Part shown: positions 1 to 8,601 of the stretch, one piece after another
Position numbering within the stretch: position 1 is the stretch's first letter
How the letters are laid out: every line of letters starts with the position of its first letter
Assembly (NCBI GenBank): GCA_963705305.1
Contig: OY970067.1
Span: forward strand, 608,001-672,000
Reading direction: 5' to 3'
Length of the DNA: 64,000 nucleotides
Origin: an uncultured Methylomirabilota bacterium
GTDB lineage: Bacteria > Methylomirabilota > Methylomirabilia > Methylomirabilales > 2-02-FULL-66-22
Made by a program: the position numbers and the translations under genes
Notes under the pieces: model-generated
Databases searched by the model: none
What the model was told of the DNA's origin: nothing
The model's input: only the letters and a program-made list of their open reading frames with translations

Positions 1-1
1 G

Positions 2-355
2 GGGGTGCGGAAGCTCCGGGAACAGGGCCACAAGGTCGGCTTCGTACGCCTGCGCTGGTTCCGCCCGTTCCCGACCCCGGAAGTCCAGAACGCCCTGCGG
101 CGGACCAAGGCCGTGGGGGTCATCGACCGCGACTACTCGTTCGGGTCGCCGAACCACGGGGCGGTGCTCTACAACGAGGTCCGCTCTGCCCTCTACGACC
201 TGGATCAGCGGCCGCACGTGATCAGCTACATTTGCGGTCTGGGCGGCCGGGAGGTGACACTGGACAGCGTGACCGAAATGAGCGAGATCCTACTGAAGAT
301 CGCCAAGAGCGGCAAGGTGGAACAGCCCAATTACTGGATTGGGGTGAGGGGGTAA
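2..355 (+). CDS. 2-oxoacid:ferredoxin oxidoreductase alpha subunit, C-terminal part (oxalate oxidoreductase-like); truncated by window edge
   Basis: PFOR-alpha domain II motifs RLRWFRPFP, VGVIDRDYSFG, GLGGREV; stop 5 nt before the beta subunit ATG. Confidence 0.85.
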   Translation, partial: GVRKLREQGHKVGFVRLRWFRPFPTPEVQNALRRTKAVGVIDRDYSFGSPNHGAVLYNEVRSALYDLDQRPHVISYICGLGGREVTLDSVTEMSEILLKIAKSGKVEQPNYWIGVRG

Positions 356-360
356 TCGCC

Positions 361-1419
361 ATGGCGACAGGAACAGAACTGACCGTAGTTCCGACCCAGA
401 TGTTGAAGCCCTTCAAGGGCGTGAAGAACGTCAGCGTCGAGGAGTATTTCACCTCGGGGCACCGCACCTGCCAGGGCTGCGAGTCCGCCCTGGTGATGAA
501 GCTGATGGTCAAGGCTGCCGGTCCCCGAACCATCGTCCTGGGCTCGACCGGCTGCATGTACGTGGCCAACACGACCTACTACTCCACCTCCTGGGTGGTG
601 CCCTGGATGCACACCCAGCTCGGCGCCTCCGGCTCGGCTGCAATGGGCACCGCCGCGGGCCTGAAGGTGCTCATGCGCAAGGGGCGCATCAAGCAGGAGC
701 CGATCAACGTGATTGCCTTCTGCGGCGACGGCGGGGGGGCGGACATGGGGCTGTCCTCCATCTCGGCGGCCCTGACCTACCCGGAGTACAATTTCCTGAT
801 CCTGATGTACGACAACGAATCCTACGCCAATACGGACATCCAGCTTTCCAGCATGACCCCCTACGGGGCCAACACCACCTTCTCCCCCCCGGGGAAAGCC
901 CGGCGGCTCCTCCACACCCGCTGGAAGAAGAACGTCGCCGGCATGCTGGCGGCGGGCCATCCGGAGTGCCGCTACGTGGCGACCGTGGATGCCTCTTACG
1001 CCCTGGAGATGATGAACCGGGTGCGGAAAGCCCTCTCTATCGGCGGCCCCACCTTCATCCACTCCCTGGACCCCTGCCCCAAGGGCTGGGATTACGACCC
1101 GTATATCTCTCACGAGCTGGGCGAGCTGGCCGTGGAGACCGGCGTCTGGCCGCTCTTCGAGGTCGAGGACGGCGTTCTTCGGTTCTACGGCAAGTCGAAG
1201 GCCATCGCCCAGGGCCGCAAACGGAAGCCCGTCCGGGAGTACCTCCTCAAGCAGGGGCGTTTCGCCCACTTCACCGAGGAGGATATCGACTACTTCCAGA
1301 AGAAGATCGACCTGATGTGGGAGCGGTGGATGCTGCCCGGCGTCGCTGCCTTCACCTTGTCGGACGACATCCGCAAGACCTTGGCCAAGTCGGAGGCCGA
1401 GCTGGCTTCCGCCAAGTAG
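361..1419 (+). CDS. TPP-binding beta subunit of oxalate oxidoreductase-like 2-oxoacid:ferredoxin oxidoreductase
   Basis: GHRTCQGC, GCMYVANT, GDGGGADMG...YDNESYANT (TPP motif), TPYGANTTFSPPG, GHPE, PCPKGW; these match my recollection of Moorella thermoacetica OOR beta; OxlT genes lie downstream. Confidence 0.8.
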   Translation: MATGTELTVVPTQMLKPFKGVKNVSVEEYFTSGHRTCQGCESALVMKLMVKAAGPRTIVLGSTGCMYVANTTYYSTSWVVPWMHTQLGASGSAAMGTAAGLKVLMRKGRIKQEPINVIAFCGDGGGADMGLSSISAALTYPEYNFLILMYDNESYANTDIQLSSMTPYGANTTFSPPGKARRLLHTRWKKNVAGMLAAGHPECRYVATVDASYALEMMNRVRKALSIGGPTFIHSLDPCPKGWDYDPYISHELGELAVETGVWPLFEVEDGVLRFYGKSKAIAQGRKRKPVREYLLKQGRFAHFTEEDIDYFQKKIDLMWERWMLPGVAAFTLSDDIRKTLAKSEAELASAK

Positions 1420-1433
1420 AGACCGGGAGGTGC

Positions 1434-1471
1434 GGCAAACGGGGCGTTCCGGAGGGAACGCCCCGTTTGCC
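1434..1471 (+). terminator. Perfect 17-bp hairpin after the oxidoreductase operon, probable terminator
   Basis: GGCAAACGGGGCGTTCC-ggag-GGAACGCCCCGTTTGCC, 14 nt after the stop; weak U-tail. Confidence 0.65.
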
Positions 1472-1562
1472 TTCCGCGCCGTCTCTGTCTCCGCTGTCTG
1501 GCCTTCCTGCGACTCCGCCTCCCCGGCCTGTTCATGCCTCGATTCGACCCATGTGATGGAAC

Positions 1563-1573
1563 TGGTCTGACCA
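1563..1573. promoter_or_regulatory. Putative GntR/FadR-subfamily operator TGGTCTGACCA
   Basis: Palindrome fitting the TGGT-N3-ACCA FadR-subfamily pattern; degenerate copy TGGTCTGGCCC at 1598-1608. Confidence 0.5.
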
Positions 1574-1680
1574 TTTGGCCGGCCTCTTCACATCGTTTGG
1601 TCTGGCCCCAGGCAGAGCAGGCTGGTTTTCATCCTTCAACTGATCAAAGGCCGGCCTGGCCGGAAATGAGCTGCCGGAAT

Positions 1681-1709
1681 TTGACAGGCGGACGGAGCCC
1701 TGTTACCCT
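1681..1709 (+). promoter_or_regulatory. sigma70-type promoter for leader ORF 1 / oxlT1
   Basis: TTGACA (1681-1686), N17, TACCCT (1704-1709), with extended -10 TG at 1701-1702. Confidence 0.65.
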
Positions 1710-1763
1710 TATATTGTCTTGATGCCTCCGGAGAGTCGATGGCGGCCTGGAGGGGCATTCGAA

Positions 1764-2145
1764 ATGCGTAGAGAGCGAGCGGTCCAGGGGCTGGTGGGTT
1801 CTAGTCCTTGTAGCTCTCCTGGCATGTGGGAGTTATTTCATCTTCAATGTTCTTGACCTGAACGGAACAAGATTTGCCGCCCGCTGCGCCGACAATGGCG
1901 TCGCCGCGGTTGACACATCGGATCTTGACGCGGACCGTCTCCTCCGAACCTCCCTCGCATCGACGGATCCGCTTCACCTTGCCAGTCCCTTGCTGCTTGC
2001 TGATGCCGCTCTCGAAGCTCCCGGGCTCATGCTCTCCACGCTCCCGGGAACGCCCTCCCCTCACCAAGACCACACGATCCTCCCGCGGGGAGGTCTGATC
2101 CGAGAGAGGTCCTCGACGCGCCCTTCAACCCCCGATCCCGCTTGA
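1764..2145 (+). CDS. Membrane-anchored leader protein ending DPA-stop, copy 1; +1 frameshift near 1782 (not in the ORF track)
   Basis: RBS GGAGGGG then ATG 1764 (MRRERA); +1 frame reads SRGWWVLVLVALLACGSYFIFNVLDLNGT...ILPRGGLIRERSSTRPSTPDPA* (TGA 2143-2145); clear paralogue of 4173-4559. Confidence 0.65.
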
Positions 2146-2424
2146 CCTTCGACCATAACGAGCCGGGCGAGCCACGGCGTAGTGTTTCCCGGCGGTGGCA
2201 TGCCCTGGCCTCGTCCTTCGTCTCCAGGTGATTCTGCACCCTGTCTGCTGCTCGACCGGCATTCCCCCGGGGGGGAGGCGGGGCGCTGGCCTCCCGGGAG
2301 CAGATTCGCGGCCAATTCACCTGTGGACGAGAGAGCGTAAGCCCTCGGTGCCTGTCAACCGTCGATGTCCGATAGGATTTCGAGACCCCGCCGGATCGCT
2401 CCGGTGGGGAGGAGGATTCGAGCC

Positions 2425-3762
2425 ATGGCCACCCCAAACAAGGCCGTATCGTTGAGTCAAAGCTCCGAACCTCTCGTCAACCGCTGGTGGCAGCTCGTGG
2501 CGACCATCATCGCCATGATGGCCATCGCAAACCTCCAGTACGCGTGGACCCTGTTCACCACCCCCCTCACCCACACTCTCGGCGCCTCCCTGGCGGCCGT
2601 CCAGGTGGCCTTCGCGGCCTTCATCCTGACGGAGACCTGGCTGGTGCCCTTCGAGGGGGTCCTGGTGGACCGCTTCGGGCCCAAGCTGGTCATCATGGCG
2701 GGTGGTGTGCTGGTCGGCCTGAGCTGGATCGGCTCCGGCCTGGCCCACTCTCTGACGACCCTGTACATCTCCTACGCCTTAGGCGGCATCGGGGCGGGGG
2801 CCGTGTACGGCGCCTCCATCGGCCACTCCCTGAAGTGGTTTCCGGACCACCGGGGCCTGTGCGCCGGGCTGGTCGCTGGGGCGTACGGCATCGGGACGGC
2901 GGTCACGGTGGCGCCGATTGCACACATGATCAAAGTCTCGGGGTATGCGCATACTTTCGTGGTCTGGGGCTTCATTCAGGGGGCCATCGTGCTGGTGGCG
3001 GGCTACTTCGTCCTAGCCCCGCCCCGGGGCTGGAAGCCCGAGGGCTGGGACGAGAAGGCGGAGGCCACCAGCAAGCGTGTGAACCGCTCGGCGGTTGACC
3101 TGAACCCCGGGCAGATGCTCAAGCAGCCCTCCTTCTGGGCACTGTACGTCATGATGACCCTCATGGCCTTCACCGGCCTGGTCATCACCGCCCAGCTCAA
3201 GCCCATCGCCGTGTTCTACCACGTGGACAAGGTGGTCGTGGCATTCGGCCTGACCGCCCTGGTCCTGGCCATCCAGATCGACCGGATCCTCAACGGGGTG
3301 ACCCGGCCCTTCTGGGGGTGGGTGTCCGACCACCTCGGGCGCGAGAACACCATGTGCATCGCCTTCGCGCTGCAGTCCGTGACCATCCTGGCGCTGATGC
3401 AGTGGATCCACCACCCGATCCTGTTCATCCTCCTGTCCGGGTTCGCCTTCTTCTCGTGGGGGGAGATCTTCTCCCTGTTCCCCGCCGCGACGGGCGATCT
3501 CTTCGGCCGGAAGCATGCCGCCACGAACTACGGGATCGTCTACACCGCGAAGGGCCTGGCCTCCATCTTCGCCGCGCCGGTGGCCGCCCTCGTTTCTGTC
3601 GCCGAGGGCTCCTGGCTGCCCATCTTCTGGGCCATGGTGTTCTGCAGCGCCCTGGATGCGGTCCTGGCCCTGGTCTGGCTGAAGCCCCTAGCGAAACGGC
3701 ACGCGCAGAGGAGCCTCGCCATGGCCGGTGCCACCAGCCCCGCCCCCCACGCGGCGGACTGA
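2425..3762 (+). CDS. oxlT: Oxalate/formate antiporter family MFS transporter, copy 1
   Basis: RBS GGAGGAGG; OFA-family motifs NRWWQL, LQYAWTLF, KWFPDHRG, NGVTRPFWGWVSD, YTAKGLASIF; about 12 TM segments. Confidence 0.88.
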   Translation: MATPNKAVSLSQSSEPLVNRWWQLVATIIAMMAIANLQYAWTLFTTPLTHTLGASLAAVQVAFAAFILTETWLVPFEGVLVDRFGPKLVIMAGGVLVGLSWIGSGLAHSLTTLYISYALGGIGAGAVYGASIGHSLKWFPDHRGLCAGLVAGAYGIGTAVTVAPIAHMIKVSGYAHTFVVWGFIQGAIVLVAGYFVLAPPRGWKPEGWDEKAEATSKRVNRSAVDLNPGQMLKQPSFWALYVMMTLMAFTGLVITAQLKPIAVFYHVDKVVVAFGLTALVLAIQIDRILNGVTRPFWGWVSDHLGRENTMCIAFALQSVTILALMQWIHHPILFILLSGFAFFSWGEIFSLFPAATGDLFGRKHAATNYGIVYTAKGLASIFAAPVAALVSVAEGSWLPIFWAMVFCSALDAVLALVWLKPLAKRHAQRSLAMAGATSPAPHAAD

Positions 3763-3770
3763 GTTGGCAA

Positions 3771-3800
3771 CAGGGAAGGGGGGTCGTCCCCCCTTCCCTG
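3771..3800 (+). terminator. 13-bp hairpin after oxlT1
   Basis: CAGGGAAGGGGGG-tcgt-CCCCCCTTCCCTG, 8 nt after the stop. Confidence 0.6.
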
Positions 3801-4109
3801 CGCCTCATGCGGGATACAGGCGTGTGAAATGATCACGCCCTGTCCGGGACGGCCCAGGCAAGACTCATAGGGCAAGACAGCTCGAGCGGCAATGCGAGCC
3901 TGCCTTTTCAGCCATGGCGGAGCTGCCCTCCTTGTGGCAGCCCTGACGTTCATGCTGATCGCGTTGCCGGGCGCGGCAGGGGCGGCGCCCGGCCCGATCT
4001 CCTCCCTCCACGGCTACCATCCGATCGCAACCGTTCCCTTTTCTTTCGGGCATATTGAAGGGCGATTGTCCACGTGCTGAGCCCTGCCGATTAGTGGTGC
4101 GAATTCTCT

Positions 4110-4138
4110 TTGACGAAATTTTCATTTCTTTGTAGGAT
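4110..4138 (+). promoter_or_regulatory. sigma70-type promoter for leader ORF 2 / oxlT2
   Basis: TTGACG (4110-4115), N17 AT-rich, TAGGAT (4133-4138). Confidence 0.65.
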
Positions 4139-4172
4139 GCCGGCGTCGTCGTCCTTGAATGGGGGACGCCGC

Positions 4173-4559
4173 ATGCGGTTGTTCAGGCGACAAAAGCAGC
4201 AGTCATGGAAATGGTGGTACGTGGTACTGTTTGGACTCCTGGCAATCGGGACATACGTGGTCTTTGATGTTTTGGACATTGACGGTTCGGAGCTAGCTTC
4301 GTGGGACTTGGCGAATAATCTGACCGCGCTCGAGTCGGCCGAACCATCGAGTTGTCGTCCACCACAGATCGTCCCACCAGAGCGATCACTTCCTTCCGCC
4401 GACGACCACCTCTCTCAGTGGCTCAATGCGCAGAGTCAGCAGGGCGCCTCATCCATAAGCACCGGCTTGACGCGTGCTCGCCACGCCCCGACTCTCGCCC
4501 GAATACGTTTGGCCTCCGAATTGACAGCCTCAAATTCCCTCTCCGCTGATCCTGCCTGA
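4173..4559 (+). CDS. Membrane-anchored leader protein ending DPA-stop, copy 2 (128 aa, intact)
   Basis: RBS GGGGGA; basic N-terminus, TM segment WWYVVLFGLLAIGTYVVF, then DVLDIDGS, a low-complexity spacer, and TLARIRLASELTASNSLSADPA*. Confidence 0.75.
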   Translation: MRLFRRQKQQSWKWWYVVLFGLLAIGTYVVFDVLDIDGSELASWDLANNLTALESAEPSSCRPPQIVPPERSLPSADDHLSQWLNAQSQQGASSISTGLTRARHAPTLARIRLASELTASNSLSADPA

Positions 4560-4744
4560 CCCCCCTTGCCAGACGAGACGGACGGATTCATGTGGTCCGT
4601 CTCTCGACGGCACACCGCTGAAAGACCCTCGCTCGCATCCGGTACTCATGAGCGGATCCTAGTGTGCGATCGGTCGAGCGCCGTCGATTGACGAAATAGG
4701 TTGTATGCCCCGCTGGTTCCTCAACGGGAAGGAGAATTCGAGTC

Positions 4745-6076
4745 ATGTCCACCCCAAGCGCATCTTCTGACCGCAGCGTGGCCGCCCCGGTCAACCGATG
4801 GTGGCAGATGGTGGCCGCGATCATCGCCATGATGGCCATTGCCAACTTGCAGTATGCCTGGACCCTGTTCACCACACCCCTCACCCAAAGCCTGAATGCG
4901 AGCCTCGCGGCCGTCCAGGTGGCCTTCGCCGCCTTCGTGCTGGCGGAGACGTGGCTGGTGCCCTTCGAGGGCGCTCTGGTCGATTATTTCGGCCCGCGAG
5001 TGATCATCATGGTGGGAGGCGTCCTGGTCGGGCTCGGCTGGATCGGGTCGGGATTGACCAGCTCTCTGGGAGGGCTGTACTTCTGGTACATCCTGGGCGG
5101 TGTCGGAGCGGGCGCCGTCTATGGCGCCTGCATCGGTCACGCCCTGAAGTGGTTCCCGGATCACCGCGGCATGTGCGCCGGCTTCGTCGCCGGGGCATAT
5201 GGGATCGGCACCGCGGTCACGGTGGCCCCCATTGCAGCCATGATGAAGTCCTCGGGCTACGCCCACACCTTCGTGGTATGGGGGTTCATCCAGGGGATCA
5301 TCGTGCTGGTGATGGGCCTCTTCATCATCCGGCCCCCGGCTGGCTGGGCGCCAGCGGGCTGGGCGGAAAAGGAGGCGACCATCCGGGCGCACATCAACAC
5401 TTCGACAGTCGATTTGCACCCGGGGCAGATGGTCAAGCATGGCTCTTTCTGGGTCATTTACTTCATGATGACCCTGATGGCTTTCACCGGTCTGGTGATC
5501 ACGGCCCAGGTGAACCCCATTGCCGTGTTCTACCACGTGGACAAGGTCGTGATCGCCTTTGGGATGACCGCCCTGGTCCTCGCCATCCAGATCGAGCGCA
5601 TCCTGAACGGCATCACCCGTCCCTTCTGGGGATGGGTCTCCGACCATATCGGCCGTGAGAACACGATGTTCATCGCCTTCGGGCTGCAGTCCCTGACGAT
5701 CGTCGCCCTGCTGCAGCTCATTCACCGGCCGGTGTGGTTCGTGGTCCTGTCCGGTCTGGCGTTCTTCTCGTGGGGGGAGATCTTCTCCCTGTTCCCCTCG
5801 GTGACCGCCGACTTGTTCGGGAAGAAGTACGCCACGACGAATTACGGGATCGTCTACACCGCCAAGGGGCTGGCCTCGATCTTTGCCGGGCCCGTGGCGG
5901 CCCTGGCCAAGTCGGCAACCGGGTCCTGGGTCCCTGTCTTCTGGGCCATGGTGATTTGCAGCGGGGTGGATGCAGTGCTGGCCTTGGTCCTGCTCAAGCC
6001 CCTTGCCCGGCGGACCGTCCAAGAGACGATGAAATTGGCCGGGGGCACCCGTCCCGCTCCCCACGCGGCGGACTGA
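4745..6076 (+). CDS. oxlT: Oxalate/formate antiporter family MFS transporter, copy 2
   Basis: RBS GGAAGGAG; close paralogue of 2425-3762 with the same motifs and the same C-terminal PAPHAAD. Confidence 0.88.
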   Translation: MSTPSASSDRSVAAPVNRWWQMVAAIIAMMAIANLQYAWTLFTTPLTQSLNASLAAVQVAFAAFVLAETWLVPFEGALVDYFGPRVIIMVGGVLVGLGWIGSGLTSSLGGLYFWYILGGVGAGAVYGACIGHALKWFPDHRGMCAGFVAGAYGIGTAVTVAPIAAMMKSSGYAHTFVVWGFIQGIIVLVMGLFIIRPPAGWAPAGWAEKEATIRAHINTSTVDLHPGQMVKHGSFWVIYFMMTLMAFTGLVITAQVNPIAVFYHVDKVVIAFGMTALVLAIQIERILNGITRPFWGWVSDHIGRENTMFIAFGLQSLTIVALLQLIHRPVWFVVLSGLAFFSWGEIFSLFPSVTADLFGKKYATTNYGIVYTAKGLASIFAGPVAALAKSATGSWVPVFWAMVICSGVDAVLALVLLKPLARRTVQETMKLAGGTRPAPHAAD

Positions 6077-6120
6077 GGCCAAGGCGAAGCTCTCCTGTTC
6101 CTGTCTGGGATCACAGACCG

Positions 6121-6160
6121 AATGGGCCGCACCCGATCTCCGGGTGCGGCCCATTTCTTT
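6121..6160 (+). terminator. Rho-independent terminator after oxlT2
   Basis: AATGGGCCGCACCCG-atctc-CGGGTGCGGCCCATT then TCTTT; between convergent genes. Confidence 0.75.
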
Positions 6161-6181
6161 CGGAGCCGGATGGACAAAAGC

Positions 6182-6878
6182 CTAGCGCGCGTCCGGCCCC
6201 TCGATCGGTTTCACGGGGGGAACGGGCCGTTGCGCCTCTCCGCGCGTCCGTCGGACGGCGTCCAAGAACTCCCGCGCCCGGCCCGCAATTTCATGCCACC
6301 GACCATTACGCACGAGATCGCCCTCCGTCAGGGCGCCGCCCACCCCGACCGCCAGCGCCCCGGCGCGAACGAACGCTCCGACATCCGCCAGCGTGATGCC
6401 CCCGGCAGCGACCAGAGGAATCTGCGGCGCGGCGGACGGCCTGGAAGTACCGAGGGCCGACGGCGCCCGCCGGACACATCTCTACAAGGGCGGCCCCATG
6501 CTCCCAGGCCATGGCGATCTCCCCGAGAGTGAACGCGCCGGAGATGACCGCCACGTCCGTCTCGCGGCCCAACCGGATGAGGTCGGCGATGATGTAGGGC
6601 GTCACCAAGAACTGCGCCCCCGCCCCGATGGCCTCGCGTCCGGCCTCGGCCGTGGGGATGGCTCCGACGCCGATCAACAGATCGTTTCCCATGGCGGCGC
6701 GAATCCGCCCGACCCCCCGGAGAATTTCCGGATGGGTCGCCACGATCTCCACCACCGGGCGGCCCGCCTCCCGGAGGGATTTCGCCGCCGGCAGCAGATC
6801 CTCCGACCGCTCGGGCCGCAGGATGACGATCAAGCCTTCTGCCCGAATCCGCTCGATCGCATTTGGCTGCACGCTCAA
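6182..6878 (-). pseudogene. eda: KDPG/KHG aldolase homologue, frameshifted near 6432 and lacking the catalytic Lys
   Basis: GAGAQFLVTP, SGAFTLGEI; the shifted frame continues APQIPLVAAGGIT...GALAVGVGGAL to TAG at 6182; the Schiff-base motif xKxFPA reads VEMCPA. Confidence 0.75.
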
Positions 6879-8434
6879 TCTCCTGCGCGTAACCCCATCA
6901 GGCCGGCTCGGAAGATGCGGGCGTCCATGGGTCTCAGGTCGGGGGCGATCCTCGGGCGGAACGCCATCTGTCCCAGGACCTCGCGCTCCAGGTCCACGCC
7001 TGGGGCGATCTCCGTGAGCATCACCCCCTCACCGGTGACGACCAGGACCGCCCGTTCGGTGATGAACTGCACACGCTGGCCCCGCGCCGCGGCATACTCG
7101 CCGCTAAAGGTGACTTGGGCGACATGCGGCACGAATTTCTTGAACCGGCCCTCCTTCACGATACGCAGCCGGCCATCGCCGATCTCGACCTCCAGGCCGC
7201 CGGCGGTGAACGTGCCGCAGAAGGCCACTGCCTTGGCGCCCTGGGAGATATTGATGAACCCGCCCACGCCAGGCATGCGCCCCTGAAACTTGCTGACGTT
7301 CACATTTCCTTGCGCGTCCGCCTCCGCCATGCCTAGGAATGCCAGATCCAGGCCCCCACCGTCGTAGAAGTCGAACTGATATCCCTGGTCGAGGACGGCT
7401 TCGGGATTCGAGGACATGCCGAAGATGACCCCCGGCGCCGGGATTCCGCCCGTGATCCCCTGCTCGATGGTGGGGGTCATCCGATCGCTGATCCCCTCTT
7501 CCGCCGCCACCAAGGCCACGCCATCGGGCATTCCCACGCCCATGTTGAGGACGGCCCGGGGCAGCTTCACGATCTCCAGGGCGGCCCGCCGAGCGATCAT
7601 CTTCCGCTCGTCGAGCGGCATGGGGGTCAGGCTGGAGATCGGCACCTTGACCTCGCCGCTGTACGCCGGATTGTACTCGCTCTCCACGCTCTGCCACTGC
7701 TCTGGATGCACCACCACGTGGTCCACCATGGTGTGCGGCACCTTGACCATCTTGGGCGGAAGCGTCCCCGCTTGGGCCAGACGCTTCACCTGGGCAATCA
7801 CGATCCCCCCCGAGTTCCGGGTGGCCATCGCCATCGGCAGCACTTCCAGGAACGCCGGCTCCTGCTCCAGGGTAAGGTTTCCCTTCTCGTCCGCCGTGGT
7901 CCCCCGGATGAAACAAACATTCAGCGGAAAGGCACGATAGAACAGCCATTCGCGACCGGCCAGGCTGACGACCTCGATGAGGTCCTCTGTGGTCCGGCCG
8001 TTCAGCCGGCCGCCTTCGAGCCGCGGATCGATGAAGGTCTTTAGCCCGATATGGGTGACGAGGCCCGGCCGACCGGCCGCCACCTCGCGCAGCCACTGGG
8101 ACATCACCCCTTGCGGCCAGTTGTAGGCATCGATCTTGTTGTCGAGGATGAGCTGCGCATATTTGGGGGACATGCCGTAGTGGCCGCCGATGTTCCGGCG
8201 GACCAGCCCCTCGCCGGTGAGCTGGTTCAGGCCGGTAGTTTTCCAGTCCCCCAGCCCGGACACATGGAAGATGGTCAAATCCCGCGGGCGTCCCGTTTCC
8301 GCGAACTTCTCCGCCAGAGCGCGGATGAGCAGATCCGGCTCCACGTTTCCGCCGCCGGCTCCGTGGATGGCCAGCGTGTCGCCCGACTTGACGAGGTCGA
8401 TCGCCGCTCGTGCGCTGGTGACTTTTCCGCTCAC
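6875..8434 (-). CDS. Acyl-CoA:acetate/propionate CoA-transferase (YdiF/Pct-like, family I, fused)
   Basis: GLKTFIDPRLEGG, RGTTADEKGN, TIEQG (catalytic Glu), FDFYDGGGLD, GNVNVSKF, GGFINISQ, TERAV; GTG start with RBS. Confidence 0.9.
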   Translation of the reverse strand: MSGKVTSARAAIDLVKSGDTLAIHGAGGGNVEPDLLIRALAEKFAETGRPRDLTIFHVSGLGDWKTTGLNQLTGEGLVRRNIGGHYGMSPKYAQLILDNKIDAYNWPQGVMSQWLREVAAGRPGLVTHIGLKTFIDPRLEGGRLNGRTTEDLIEVVSLAGREWLFYRAFPLNVCFIRGTTADEKGNLTLEQEPAFLEVLPMAMATRNSGGIVIAQVKRLAQAGTLPPKMVKVPHTMVDHVVVHPEQWQSVESEYNPAYSGEVKVPISSLTPMPLDERKMIARRAALEIVKLPRAVLNMGVGMPDGVALVAAEEGISDRMTPTIEQGITGGIPAPGVIFGMSSNPEAVLDQGYQFDFYDGGGLDLAFLGMAEADAQGNVNVSKFQGRMPGVGGFINISQGAKAVAFCGTFTAGGLEVEIGDGRLRIVKEGRFKKFVPHVAQVTFSGEYAAARGQRVQFITERAVLVVTGEGVMLTEIAPGVDLEREVLGQMAFRPRIAPDLRPMDARIFRAGLMGLRAGD

Positions 8435-8470
8435 ACGCTCACCCCATTTCAACTGCCAAGACGGTCAAGT

Positions 8471-8551
8471 AGAAACCGACAACTGACAATCTAAAACCGA
8501 TCACTTGTGACTGCATTGATCGGTTGTCGGTTTTTCATTGTCGGTTTTCAA
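8471..8551. repeat. Inverted pair of degenerate 7-nt tandem arrays (empty hairpin)
   Basis: ACCGACA ACTGACA ATCTAAA ACCGATC ... GATC GGTTGTC GGTTTTTC ATTGTC GGTTTTC. Confidence 0.75.
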
Positions 8552-8601
8552 TCGCCCGTGTCCCTTGGCGCCATGGGCGCCCAGAGGTTTCCCGGTTCAG
8601 G

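Noticed and set aside
3823..3837. TGTGA-N5-TCACG as a CRP/FNR site
   Set aside because: Spacer is 5 nt rather than 6 and no associated promoter is evident
8471..8551. Heptamer arrays as CRISPR repeats
   Set aside because: Tandem 7-mers with no unique spacers, no 25-45 nt repeat unit and no cas genes
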